Shown here: piece by piece, positions 1 through 9,137 of the stretch | Layout: each line of letters begins with the position of its first letter | Position numbering within the stretch: the first letter of the stretch is position 1 | Source: Candidatus Acetothermia bacterium | Lineage (GTDB): Bacteria > Bipolaricaulota > Bipolaricaulia > UBA7950 | Direction: 5' to 3' | Length of the DNA stretch: 27,531 nucleotides | Assembly: GCA_003535305.1 (NCBI GenBank) | Contig: DOHL01000156.1 | Span: forward strand, 1-27,531 | The notes under the pieces: model-generated | What the model was told of the DNA's origin: nothing | Database searches by the model: none | What the model saw: the letters and a program-made list of their open reading frames with translations, nothing else | Position numbers and translations under genes: made by a program

Positions 1-454
1 TCAGTTCTTCCAACGTCATCTGCCGGTAGGGATGGCGGTAAATCTTGATTATGCGGAACAGTTTGCGTAAAGGTGTCCTGAGTCTTTGTAGTGTGGTATC
101 TGCCGGAAAAGGAGTAAAAGATGGTCTTCTGTCGATGCCCGCCTTCTTATAGATCCAGAACTCCAACATCGGCAGGTCGGCCAATAAGGAGATCATCTGC
201 GACACTCCGTATTGCCGCGGCGCGGCTCCTCTGACAGTGGTCGCTATGCCGGCTTGATCCCGGTATTTCCTAACGATCCCATCCAGGATACCAACAGGAG
301 TTGTAGCGGCTGTCTCCTCTGCCTTGACCGTCGCTAATATCTGGGCGGCCTCTTCTTTCAGTTGCTTTAATTCAGTGATAAACGACTCCAAGTCATGTGG
401 GTGTTCATCGTTTTACAGCACCTCTTCCGTATCTATATTCTCTTTTTCTTGCAT
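1..454 (-). CDS. Hypothetical protein, partial (runs off the left edge); start ambiguous, with an in-frame TAA near the 5' end
   Basis: Manual translation: the frame is open from 412 to the window edge (NDEHPHDLESFITELKQLKEEAAQILATVK...RIIKIYRHPYRQMTLEEL). An in-frame ATG at 454 with a GGTGG SD-like motif is cut off by TAA at 415-413. Alternative start TTG at 391. No family recognised. Confidence 0.4.
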
Positions 455-635
455 GATTACCACCCAAACCGCATGCACAGATTAACGTGCAACTTTGTGT
501 CCAAACCACCCTAATCAGGCGCATGCCAAAATATCTGCATTTCAATTATAACGTCTCTTGTCTCTGATGTAAAGGAGAGGGAGAGAAGCTTGTCCCTCAC
601 TTCAGAGTGGAAAAGAATCTCACCATTGCGGCTAT

Positions 636-668
636 TTGACTGTGAAATGAATTGGAAATGAGTATAAT
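636..668 (+). promoter_or_regulatory. Possible sigma70-type promoter upstream of the nifU-like gene
   Basis: Perfect TATAAT at 663-668 in an AT-rich intergenic region. TTGACT at 636-641 is 21 nt away, a non-canonical spacing. Confidence 0.3.
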
Positions 669-809
669 ATTTATGTAAGATTAAATTGTTAGCCGTATCA
701 AGACTCAAATGATAAAGAAGGTGCCCGAACGCAGTAACCTTTAGGCTAAACAACATCTATCTAAAACTATTATGGCGATCTGGGTTAGAAAAGGAGGGGC
801 GAACGTAGA

Positions 810-1031
810 ATGCGTGCTGAAGTCACACAGGCATTAGATGCAATAAGACCGTATTTACAAATGCACGGCGGTAATGTTGAATTGGTCGATGTCACTGCTG
901 ATGGCGTAGTGAAGGTGAGATTGACCGGCGCTTGTCAGGGATGTCCGATGAGTCAGCAGACGCTGAATATGCAAGTTGAAGCGCGGCTCAAAGAGGTAGT
1001 GCCGCAAGTGCAATGTGTGGAAGCGTTATAG
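810..1031 (+). CDS. NifU C-terminal domain / NfuA-type Fe-S cluster carrier protein (73 aa)
   Basis: IRPYLQMHGGNVELV...VKVRLTGACQGCPMSQQTL contains the Nfu CxxC motif; AGGAGG SD at 792-797. Confidence 0.92.
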   Translation: MRAEVTQALDAIRPYLQMHGGNVELVDVTADGVVKVRLTGACQGCPMSQQTLNMQVEARLKEVVPQVQCVEAL

Positions 1032-1503
1032 GCGGTTGCATGGAACCATCCATCGGCAAGAGATAAACAGAGTCAACGACGGAACCGATCAAGGTTAGGA
1101 GAGTGTTCTAAATTCCCATGACTTACGTTTTCCTTTCAATTTATGGTAGCATCGATCAATGGACAGTTAATGGTCTGAACGAAAATAAAACGCATATGTT
1201 TCCCACAAGGCATGAATAGTCTTCATCTAAAATCTTTGCTTAACACGATATGCGGCTTACCTTATTATTTATCCAAATTTTGGCTTCGGCGGAACTTCAT
1301 ACATGTTGAGAGCGGTAAATCACTTTGTGGCGCACTGTAAAGGTGGTCTAACTCTTGCGCATTCAACGCGACATAGACATCATAGAAGGCGGCATGTGCG
1401 CAAATTAAAGTCGGCAATGGCAAAATCCGTTCTCTTCTCTGACTGCTTCCGCTCCGTATCGCTTTCTAATTGAACAAAAGAGTCAATGTATAAAGGAGCG
1501 ACA

Positions 1504-2049
1504 ATGAAAATAAATGTTGTTGAACGACATCACAGTTCGAGTAAAAGCCTGAAAGAATACGCGATAAAAAAAACAGAGACGCTTGACCGTTATTTTAACC
1601 GGGTGATGAGTATTGATATTACTCTTTCAGTTGAAAAAGAAAGGCAGAGTGCGGATTTTGTCGTCCATCTAATCAATCGCAAAGTCATTAAGGCGCGTGA
1701 AGAATCAGAGGATATGTATGCAGCGATCGATCGCGGAATTAACAAGCTTAAACGGCAACTGGTTAAGTATAAAGATAAGGTTAAGGATAAGGGAACGGGA
1801 AGCGAATTACAACAGAAGGATGAGGCCGTAGATGTATCGACCGATCTATCCGCTCTTATCCAGGAGCAGGAGCGCAAAGAGATTATCAGAACAGACCACT
1901 TTATCCGAAAGCCGATGTTGCCCGAAGAGGCGGCACTCCAACTGGCGACTACCGACCAAATTTTCCTCGTTTTCATGAATGCGACGTCTGGAACGCCAAA
2001 TGTCATTTACCAACGTAAAGACGGAAATTACGGACTTATAGAACCGTAA
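1504..2049 (+). CDS. hpf: Ribosome hibernation promoting factor, long form (RaiA/HPF with C-terminal S30AE domain, 181 aa)
   Basis: N-terminal HPF fold (EDMYAAIDRGINKLKRQLVKYKDK) plus C-terminal domain (KPMLPEEAALQL...FLVFMN...NVIYQRKDGNYGLIEP). ATG 1504 follows AAAGGAG at 1492-1498. Confidence 0.95.
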   Translation: MKINVVERHHSSSKSLKEYAIKKTETLDRYFNRVMSIDITLSVEKERQSADFVVHLINRKVIKAREESEDMYAAIDRGINKLKRQLVKYKDKVKDKGTGSELQQKDEAVDVSTDLSALIQEQERKEIIRTDHFIRKPMLPEEAALQLATTDQIFLVFMNATSGTPNVIYQRKDGNYGLIEP

Positions 2050-2097
2050 TTTCAGAATAGAAGGCTTTTGTCTGCTACTAAAGCTGAAGAGGGGTCT

Positions 2098-3117
2098 ATG
2101 GTAAGAGCATTGTCGCTGTTCTCAGGAAGCTTGGCCAGCCTTGTGGCGACGCGGTTGGTGGAAATGTCGGATGGGGTGGATGAAGTACAGTTGTTGTGTT
2201 TTCGCTCGCCGTTCTTTGCTGATTACGAGCGTGTGCGCGAGATAGCTAAAACGACTTGGCCGGCGATGCAGTTTCGCAGCCAGGCGATTAATAAAGACTA
2301 CCAGCATTTGGTGGATATCTTTTCTACCGATGAATTTTCGCTGGCTCGTAGTTGTTGCCACTGTCGTACTCTTATGTTGACGCGTTCAGCGCAATATATG
2401 AAACGGATCAAAGCGGATTTCATTGTCACCGGAGAGATAGCCGGCAGTAACGGATTGAATAAGTGTGAATTAGAGCGTATCGGCAATGATGCAGGGATCA
2501 GTGATCTAGTATTACGTCCTCTCTCGGCTAAATTGCTTCCCCGTACGCGGCCGGAGAAAGAGGGATGGGTAAATGCGGAAAAATTATATGGCTTCACAGC
2601 CGGCGACAAGGAACGATTAGCAAAATTGGCTTTTACTTTAAACTTTGGCTATAGAGACTCGTTCGATCGTCAAGATAGGTGTAAATTAACTTGTCCCAGC
2701 TTTGGTTTACGGTTGGCCAATCTTCTTTGTGAGAAAAAGTTTACGCTGAATGCATTACGTCTTCTTGATTTTCGTTTCTACTACAGAAAGGGACCGGATA
2801 TTACGATTGTGCTGGCTATCGAAGTGGAAGAGAAACGGAACTTACAGAATTTCTTCCTTCCCCAGGATGTACGAGTCTATCTACCAACGCATCAGGGGCC
2901 GTTGGCATTGGTTCGTACTGATTGGACCGCAAAGGAAGAAGACGAGATTGCGGAGATCATTAAACTAGCAGGGCGGATGATCGCTATTTATAGTACAGCC
3001 GCGCATCATGAACAAATACAAATTAACTACCGCTTTGAAAACAAGAACGAAACAGAAAGACTCAATATATCTCCGTTCACTGATTTAAATGAAATTAATC
3101 GTTATTTAGTTCAATAG
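2098..3117 (+). CDS. Divergent PP-loop (ThiI/MnmA-like) tRNA sulfur-transferase-family protein with DUF814/NFACT-R-like C-terminus (339 aa)
   Basis: Recognisable family motifs: ALSLFSG (PP-loop position), CxxC (SCCHC), ADFIVTGE, LVLRPLSAKLLP..PEKEGWV, CKLT (family GCLLT). ATG 2098 follows GAGGGG. The PP-loop is degenerate (SGSLAS). Confidence 0.75.
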   Translation: MVRALSLFSGSLASLVATRLVEMSDGVDEVQLLCFRSPFFADYERVREIAKTTWPAMQFRSQAINKDYQHLVDIFSTDEFSLARSCCHCRTLMLTRSAQYMKRIKADFIVTGEIAGSNGLNKCELERIGNDAGISDLVLRPLSAKLLPRTRPEKEGWVNAEKLYGFTAGDKERLAKLAFTLNFGYRDSFDRQDRCKLTCPSFGLRLANLLCEKKFTLNALRLLDFRFYYRKGPDITIVLAIEVEEKRNLQNFFLPQDVRVYLPTHQGPLALVRTDWTAKEEDEIAEIIKLAGRMIAIYSTAAHHEQIQINYRFENKNETERLNISPFTDLNEINRYLVQ

Positions 3118-3158
3118 CGAATTTTTCGCGATAGGGCATGTTACGCAGATCTTTTATG

Positions 3159-3187
3159 TTGACAAAAATATTGATCTGTGTTATACT
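3159..3187 (+). promoter_or_regulatory. Sigma70-type promoter with extended -10
   Basis: TTGACA (3159-3164), 17-nt spacer, TG-n-TATACT (3182-3187). Confidence 0.8.
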
Positions 3188-3574
3188 TAAAGTTTAATTA
3201 GAAAAAACGAGATAGAGCATCAGTATTGCTGGTAATGCAGTGTAATTTTGCGCAAAATGTCTGAATTGTAAAGATTGTCGGCGAAGAGCGTAGGATAAGC
3301 TCAATGTAGAATACAAAGTAAAAAATACTTCTGCGTGGCTTGCCTGTGCATTGTGCGAAGATAGGGGCGCGTATAGACAGGTAAGAGGTAAGAAGCGAGC
3401 GGTCAATTGTCAATATTGCGTATGCCGCTAGGAAAACTGACAGCCAGACGTTTACGGAAAATTCAGTTTTTACAATTTACGATTTTTATTTTGAATTTAC
3501 CCGTTTACCCGAACAAAGCAAGGGTTATTGTGCGAATACCTGTTGTAAAGAGGAAAAAAGAGGAGGTAATAAGT

Positions 3575-3823
3575 ATGCCTTTTTTCCGTTATCAATGCTG
3601 CAGCTGCGGCGCGGAATTCAAAGTTTTGCAGCGTGGCAATGACAAAATGGCGACATGTTTGGAGTGTGGCAGTAGGTCGCTGGATCGACTTTTGCCGCGC
3701 GTTGGTGTGATATACAAGGGGAATGGCTACCATTCCACTGATTACCGAACTACACGTACACGAGGGCCGAAAAACAGCGACTCAGATGATAAGAAATCAA
3801 ACAAAGAAAACTCTGCTTCATAG
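3575..3823 (+). CDS. FmdB-family zinc-ribbon regulatory protein (82 aa)
   Basis: MPFFRYQCCSCGAEF...TCLECGSRSLDRLLPRVGVIYKGNGYHSTDY fits the MPxYEYxCxxCG...CPxCG...FKGSGFYxTDY pattern. AGGAGGT SD at 3561-3567. The ORF-track start at 3407 is an upstream extension. Confidence 0.88.
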   Translation: MPFFRYQCCSCGAEFKVLQRGNDKMATCLECGSRSLDRLLPRVGVIYKGNGYHSTDYRTTRTRGPKNSDSDDKKSNKENSAS

Positions 3824-3825
3824 TA

Positions 3826-3880
3826 AACCGCCGGCCTCTGATCTATTAGATAGATGTGCGGAATGGCGGTTACAATTTTT
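3826..3880 (+). terminator. Hairpin after the FmdB-like gene, possible intrinsic terminator
   Basis: AACCGCC (3826-3832) pairs with GGCGGTT (3865-3871); inner ATCTA/TAGAT stem; followed by ACAATTTTT. Confidence 0.4.
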
Positions 3881-4108
3881 CCGGGACAGATAAATTCATT
3901 TTACTGGTAGTTTTGGTGCATGACAAGCGATTGTTACAGAAACGACAGACAATGCTTACCACTGAAGGGCAAAAAAGAACCGCACTATTCAAACGCATCC
4001 CTCTCTGCGGTAATAATTAAAACTAAAGGTTGGGCTTAAATTTAATCAGCACAGGCAAGATTTGTGTGATCAGACGAATTAAGGAGTCTGTAATATAGGA
4101 GGCAACAA

Positions 4109-7100
4109 TTGATCTCTGGCGATGATATACGGAAGATAAAACTGGAGCTGGCTTCTCCGGAGACGATACTTGAGTGGTCTCATGGTGAAGTGACCGAATC
4201 TGAGACAATAAATTATCGCACCCATAAGCCGGAGAAAGGAGGGCTTTACGCCGAACAAATCTTCGGCCCTGAGAATGACTACGAATGCAGTTGCGGTAAA
4301 TATAAAGGGAAAAAATATGAAGGTATAACCTGTGAAAAGTGTAGTGTTTTGGTGACCTCTTCCGCAGCGCGGCGCATCAACATCGGTCATATATCCTTAG
4401 CCAGCCCTGTTGTCCATTTTTGGTTTCTCAAAGGAGTGTCCAGCTTCTTATCCCGCTTATTGGGAATAAAAAAGAAAGAGCTGGAACAGATCGTATATTA
4501 CGAAACCGAGTCGATTGTCGAATCTCTTTATGTCGTTACCGCTTCGCAAGCAAAAGAGATCCGGACAGGGGAGATTCTTTATGACTCCGAAGTGCGGATT
4601 CTTCGCCGTCTCTTTACCTTTGATGTCGAGGCGGCAATCTATGTCGAAGATCCTCTGCAGGTTGTTTCCAGTGAAGGTGGTATAGTAACGATAGAGGAAA
4701 GAAAGTTGACCAATGGCGAGCCTATGATCTTCGTTATAGTGGGATCGCAAGCGTATCCGGTATCGCCTGCCGTTCCTTTACTCGTAGAAGAAGGGGATGA
4801 GGTTGAATCTGACACCATCCTTGCGGAGATGCCTGTTGATGATCTCTGTTCGCAAACGGCTTTTGACCTTTTCTCCGCGCATTATGGGCCGGCATTGCGC
4901 GGCGCGGCGATCGAGGAGAATATAGATACTTTAATCTTCTTTGTCACTAAAGTAAAGGATCCAGCTATTCCGCTTAAAGTTGGTGATCGGGTTTCATATC
5001 TTGAGAAGCAGGCATGGGAACGACTGTATCCGAGGAAAATTGAAATTTGCACCGGCGCCCATGGGGTTAAAGAACTTTTAACTCAACTCGATCTCGATGA
5101 ATTGCATCACCAGTTAAGTGAAAAGATGCGCACAGAGACGAGTCAGGGGAACCAACGGCGGATCGTTAAACGACTCTCAGTGGTCGATCAACTACGCAAA
5201 TCAGGGAACCGACTCCAGGATATGGTGTTGGATGTGATCCCGGTCCTCCCGCCGTTTCTGCGGCCGATGATCCAGTTAGATGGAGGCAAATTTGCTACCA
5301 CCGACTTAAACGATCTTTATCGACGGATAATCAATCGTAACAACCGCTTGAAGAAATTGATTGCAATGGGAGCGCCGGAGGTGATTCTTCGTAATGAACG
5401 ACGGATGCTGCAAGAGTCTGTTGACGCGCTCATTCATAATGAGAAAAAGGAGACTCCGATTTGCGGACGCGACAACCGGCCATTAAAGTCTCTCTCCGAA
5501 CGGCTGCAGGGAAAGCATGGGAGATTACGCCGCAACCTCCTCGGTCGGCGGGTCGATTACTCAGGACGAGCAGTGATCGTTGTCGATCCGACGCTCAAAC
5601 TACATCAGTGCGGCCTGCCAAAGAAAATAGCGCTTGAACTTTTTAAACCGTTCATCTTAAGCCGATTGAAAGAGACCGCTTTCTCTGATTTTAATGACAT
5701 AAAGAACAAAGCGCTTTTAGGAGAGATGCCTGAGGTGTGGGATATCATGGAAGAGCTAATCAAAGAGCATCCGGTTCTTCTGAACCGCCAGCCAACGCTC
5801 CATCGCATGTCGATTCAGGCATTTGAACCGCTGTTGGTCGACGGAGAGGCGATTCACATACATCCACTCGTCTGTCCTCCTTATAACGCCGACTTTGATG
5901 GTGACCAGATGTCGGTTCATCTTCCGCTTTCGGCCGAGGCGATCTCTGAGGCGCGTGATATTATGGCTGCTCCGTTAAATATTCTTTCGCCGGCCAATGG
6001 TGAACCGTTGACTGTACCGTCACAGGATCCGATCTTTGCTTTCCATTACATAACCACAGTAAATCCTAATGGAAAGGGAACGGGTAAATATTTCAAAAAT
6101 ATTGATGAGGTACGACGAGCATATGAAGAAGAGATAATCGATTTGCACAGCATGGTTAAAATCAAGATCGACGGCCAACTGATCGATTCGACCTTAGGGA
6201 GGGTTGAGTTGAACCGTATCCTGCCGCCTGAGATTCGTGATTATACGCGTCTTTATGGCCGCAAAGAGATCAAACAACTGGTGATGGAATGTTATCATCT
6301 CTACGGCAGAGAGAGAGTGGCTGTGCTTCTTGATGACCTGAAAGATCTGGGATTTAAGTATGCCACGCAAGCTAGTCTGACAATATCGTTAAAAGATTGT
6401 TTGATCCCGCCGGAGAAGGAAGAGATTGTACACCAATCGTACGCCCGGGCCTTGCTCATAAACAAGATGTATGAGAGCGGTCTATCTACTGAAGAGGAAC
6501 GTTCTCAGGCTGTAATCAAGATCTGGCGACAGACCGTCGATGCGGTAGAAAAGGCGGCGACGGAAAACTTGAGTCGCCATATGTTTAACCCGTTATATGG
6601 CATCGTCACTTCAGGGGCACGCGGGGGGCCGGATCAGGTAAAACAATTATGCGGAATGCGAGGACCGATGGCCGGTCCTTCCGGCGAGATCATCGAAATG
6701 CCCGTTATTTCCAATTTCCGTGAAGGGTTAGATATGATGGAATACTTTATTTCCACACACGGAGGAAGAAAAGGCGCTGCAGATACAGCGCTCAAAACAG
6801 CGGAGTCAGGCTATCTGACCCGTCGGCTTGTCGATGCTTGCTCAGATGTTATTATCATTGAAAAGGATTGCGGTACCCACCAAGGGGCAGAGGTGAGTCC
6901 TCTGTGGTTCAGCAAAGGCGACCTCATGGTAGAGGTGGCAGATAGAATTTACGGCCGCGTCACTGCTGAGCCGGTGATCGACCCGCGATCAGGAGAGATT
7001 CTGATTGCTGCAGACCAGTGGATCGACAGGGATATGGCTCATCTGTTAGGCACCCTGCAACATGAGTTTGATCTCGATGACAAAGAGCAGGTTCAAAGAG

Positions 7101-9055
7101 CGGTGGGAATGAAGAGTGTAGCGGATATCCATGATTCAGAGAATGGTCGGGTCTTGATAAGCGAAGACGAGACATTTACCGCTCATTTGGCGAAAGAATT
7201 GCGCCATGCCGGTTTCACGCAAATTACACTGCGCCCGCGAATCGTTATCCGTTCTCCTATGACTTGCGAAACCGAAGGAGGGATATGTCAATTATGTTAT
7301 GGCTTTGATCTTAGTTGTCATCAACCGGTGGCTCTCGGTACAGCCGTAGGAGTTATCGCTGCCCAGTCGATCGGTGAGCCTGGGACACAGTTAACGATGC
7401 GTACATTCCACACTGGAGGCGTAGCTGGTATCGATATTACCCAAGGACTTCCTCGTGCTGAAGAACTATTTGAAGCACGTAAGACAATGAAAAGCGCACA
7501 AGCTGTAGTATCTCCTCTTGATGGTTACATTTCGCGTATATTCTCCTCTCCCGAAGGGCGGGAGGTAGTGGAAATTACGGGAGAACAGCGTGTCATTCGT
7601 ATTCCATCTGCCTTATTGAAACCGGATCTTCTCAAAGCAGAGGAGTCTGAATTGACAGAAGTGAAAAATCTGGTTGTGACAAAGAGTCCATGTGAAGGTG
7701 AACTATTTTTAAAGGACAGTGACGGCGGGAAAGAGATGCTTATCATCAACAGCAAGAAAGGCGGGCAAATATACAGACTACCTGAAGGGGCGGTTCCTGT
7801 TGTCAAGGATGGAGATGTAGTAACAGAAGGAACTCCGCTGACAGAGCAGTTCAATATTGCAACGGTTATCTCCGACAGCGCCGGTGTAATCAAACTGGAA
7901 AAAGAGAATGGCCGCCGGCTTCATGTAGTCAGCGACGACGGAAATGTCCATTCATATTCACTCGCCTATGGAGCCCGCCCGCTGGTAAAAGAAGGAGATT
8001 TGGTGAGCCCAGGAGACAAACTCATCTCAAAATCAAAACTACTGGCAATCACTGCTGCAGGAGAGGGAGAGGTAGTTATAGTTCCCGAGAGAATCCTTGT
8101 CTATGCCCCGCAGATAAACGGTCTTCGCTTTCCTCTCACCGCTGATATCCTTCCAATAAAGGAACACGGGGAGATAGTAAAGTCAGGAGAACGTATCCTG
8201 CAACTTAATGTACAACGTTCCGGATCGGTAGTTATCGAGAAGGTTGAAGAAGAAGGGGAATTGACCACGGTCTATTTGCGCTACGTCAGTCAGGTTGAAA
8301 TAGAGCAGCGGTCCATTGTTAGTGTTGGGGATAAGGTTAGAGAAGGAGACCTTCTCACCAAAGGAGTCGTTCCTTCACATATTCTACTGGAGACATCAGG
8401 AGTGAGAACGACTCGCAACTATCTATTGAGCGAGATCCATAAGGTTTATAAAACTCAAGGCGTTGATATAAATGATAAACACATCGAAATTGTCATTCGC
8501 CAAATCTTAAATAACGTGCGGATAATCGATCCGGGTGACGCGGATTTATTACTAAATACTTTGGTTCCACTGGAAACTTTTCGGGCAGAGATCGCAAGGA
8601 TTACACGTATAAATACTGCTGCAAGTCGTATTCGGCAAGAGGTATTGGGAGATACAACGACACCTCCGGCAGAAGTTGCTCGTGATATCATTGCTATGGG
8701 GCGGGTAATTGCGTCGGCTGGAGAACCGTTCACCGCCGAGATCCTTGCCGCCGCCCAAAAAGCAGGAATAGCAGAAGTAATCGGTACCCGTGATGGAGAA
8801 GAGATAGTGATCCCGCTTAGAGATTTGACTTTACCTACAGGCGAGCGGGAATTATTCCGAATATCCAAGGCTGCGTTAACGACAAAAGGGTGGCTTTCTG
8901 CTGCTTCGTTCCAACGTACGACCACAGTCCTTGCCGATGCTGCCTTGCGAGGAGAAGTAGATGAACTTGAAGGCCTCAAACCGAGTGTCATTGTGGGAAA
9001 GAAGATACCGGTCGGTACCGGATTTAGAGCGAAAATCGATCGAGATGTAGATTAG
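4109..9055 (+). CDS. rpoC: DNA-directed RNA polymerase subunit beta' (1648 aa, with lineage-specific insertions)
   Basis: Catalytic NADFDGD, N-terminal Zn ribbon (ECSCGKY...CEKC), RVDYSGR, bridge helix [10 protein letters not shown], trigger loop [20 protein letters not shown] start 6 nt after AGGAGG (4097-4102). Confidence 0.99.
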   Translation: MISGDDIRKIKLELASPETILEWSHGEVTESETINYRTHKPEKGGLYAEQIFGPENDYECSCGKYKGKKYEGITCEKCSVLVTSSAARRINIGHISLASPVVHFWFLKGVSSFLSRLLGIKKKELEQIVYYETESIVESLYVVTASQAKEIRTGEILYDSEVRILRRLFTFDVEAAIYVEDPLQVVSSEGGIVTIEERKLTNGEPMIFVIVGSQAYPVSPAVPLLVEEGDEVESDTILAEMPVDDLCSQTAFDLFSAHYGPALRGAAIEENIDTLIFFVTKVKDPAIPLKVGDRVSYLEKQAWERLYPRKIEICTGAHGVKELLTQLDLDELHHQLSEKMRTETSQGNQRRIVKRLSVVDQLRKSGNRLQDMVLDVIPVLPPFLRPMIQLDGGKFATTDLNDLYRRIINRNNRLKKLIAMGAPEVILRNERRMLQESVDALIHNEKKETPICGRDNRPLKSLSERLQGKHGRLRRNLLGRRVDYSGRAVIVVDPTLKLHQCGLPKKIALELFKPFILSRLKETAFSDFNDIKNKALLGEMPEVWDIMEELIKEHPVLLNRQPTLHRMSIQAFEPLLVDGEAIHIHPLVCPPYNADFDGDQMSVHLPLSAEAISEARDIMAAPLNILSPANGEPLTVPSQDPIFAFHYITTVNPNGKGTGKYFKNIDEVRRAYEEEIIDLHSMVKIKIDGQLIDSTLGRVELNRILPPEIRDYTRLYGRKEIKQLVMECYHLYGRERVAVLLDDLKDLGFKYATQASLTISLKDCLIPPEKEEIVHQSYARALLINKMYESGLSTEEERSQAVIKIWRQTVDAVEKAATENLSRHMFNPLYGIVTSGARGGPDQVKQLCGMRGPMAGPSGEIIEMPVISNFREGLDMMEYFISTHGGRKGAADTALKTAESGYLTRRLVDACSDVIIIEKDCGTHQGAEVSPLWFSKGDLMVEVADRIYGRVTAEPVIDPRSGEILIAADQWIDRDMAHLLGTLQHEFDLDDKEQVQRAVGMKSVADIHDSENGRVLISEDETFTAHLAKELRHAGFTQITLRPRIVIRSPMTCETEGGICQLCYGFDLSCHQPVALGTAVGVIAAQSIGEPGTQLTMRTFHTGGVAGIDITQGLPRAEELFEARKTMKSAQAVVSPLDGYISRIFSSPEGREVVEITGEQRVIRIPSALLKPDLLKAEESELTEVKNLVVTKSPCEGELFLKDSDGGKEMLIINSKKGGQIYRLPEGAVPVVKDGDVVTEGTPLTEQFNIATVISDSAGVIKLEKENGRRLHVVSDDGNVHSYSLAYGARPLVKEGDLVSPGDKLISKSKLLAITAAGEGEVVIVPERILVYAPQINGLRFPLTADILPIKEHGEIVKSGERILQLNVQRSGSVVIEKVEEEGELTTVYLRYVSQVEIEQRSIVSVGDKVREGDLLTKGVVPSHILLETSGVRTTRNYLLSEIHKVYKTQGVDINDKHIEIVIRQILNNVRIIDPGDADLLLNTLVPLETFRAEIARITRINTAASRIRQEVLGDTTTPPAEVARDIIAMGRVIASAGEPFTAEILAAAQKAGIAEVIGTRDGEEIVIPLRDLTLPTGERELFRISKAALTTKGWLSAASFQRTTTVLADAALRGEVDELEGLKPSVIVGKKIPVGTGFRAKIDRDVD

Positions 9056-9083
9056 AACTGTATGTTAGGTTGTCAACGCGTGG

Positions 9084-9112
9084 TTGACAGCAAGGCAATG
9101 ACGATATATAAT
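9084..9112 (+). promoter_or_regulatory. Consensus sigma70 promoter for the rpsL (str) operon
   Basis: TTGACA (9084-9089), 17-nt spacer, TATAAT (9107-9112), 25 nt upstream of the rpsL ATG. Confidence 0.85.
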
Positions 9113-9137
9113 CACATTACTTTTTAGGAGTATAAAG

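Noticed and set aside
511-756. 81-aa minus-strand ORF in the AT-rich intergenic region
   Set aside because: No SD, no recognisable motif, and it overlaps likely promoter DNA; probably spurious.
4505-8830. Possible inteins explaining the large rpoC
   Set aside because: The inserts lack intein hallmarks (N-terminal Cys/Ser block, LAGLIDADG motifs, terminal His-Asn) and instead resemble SBHM/BBM2-type RNAP modules.
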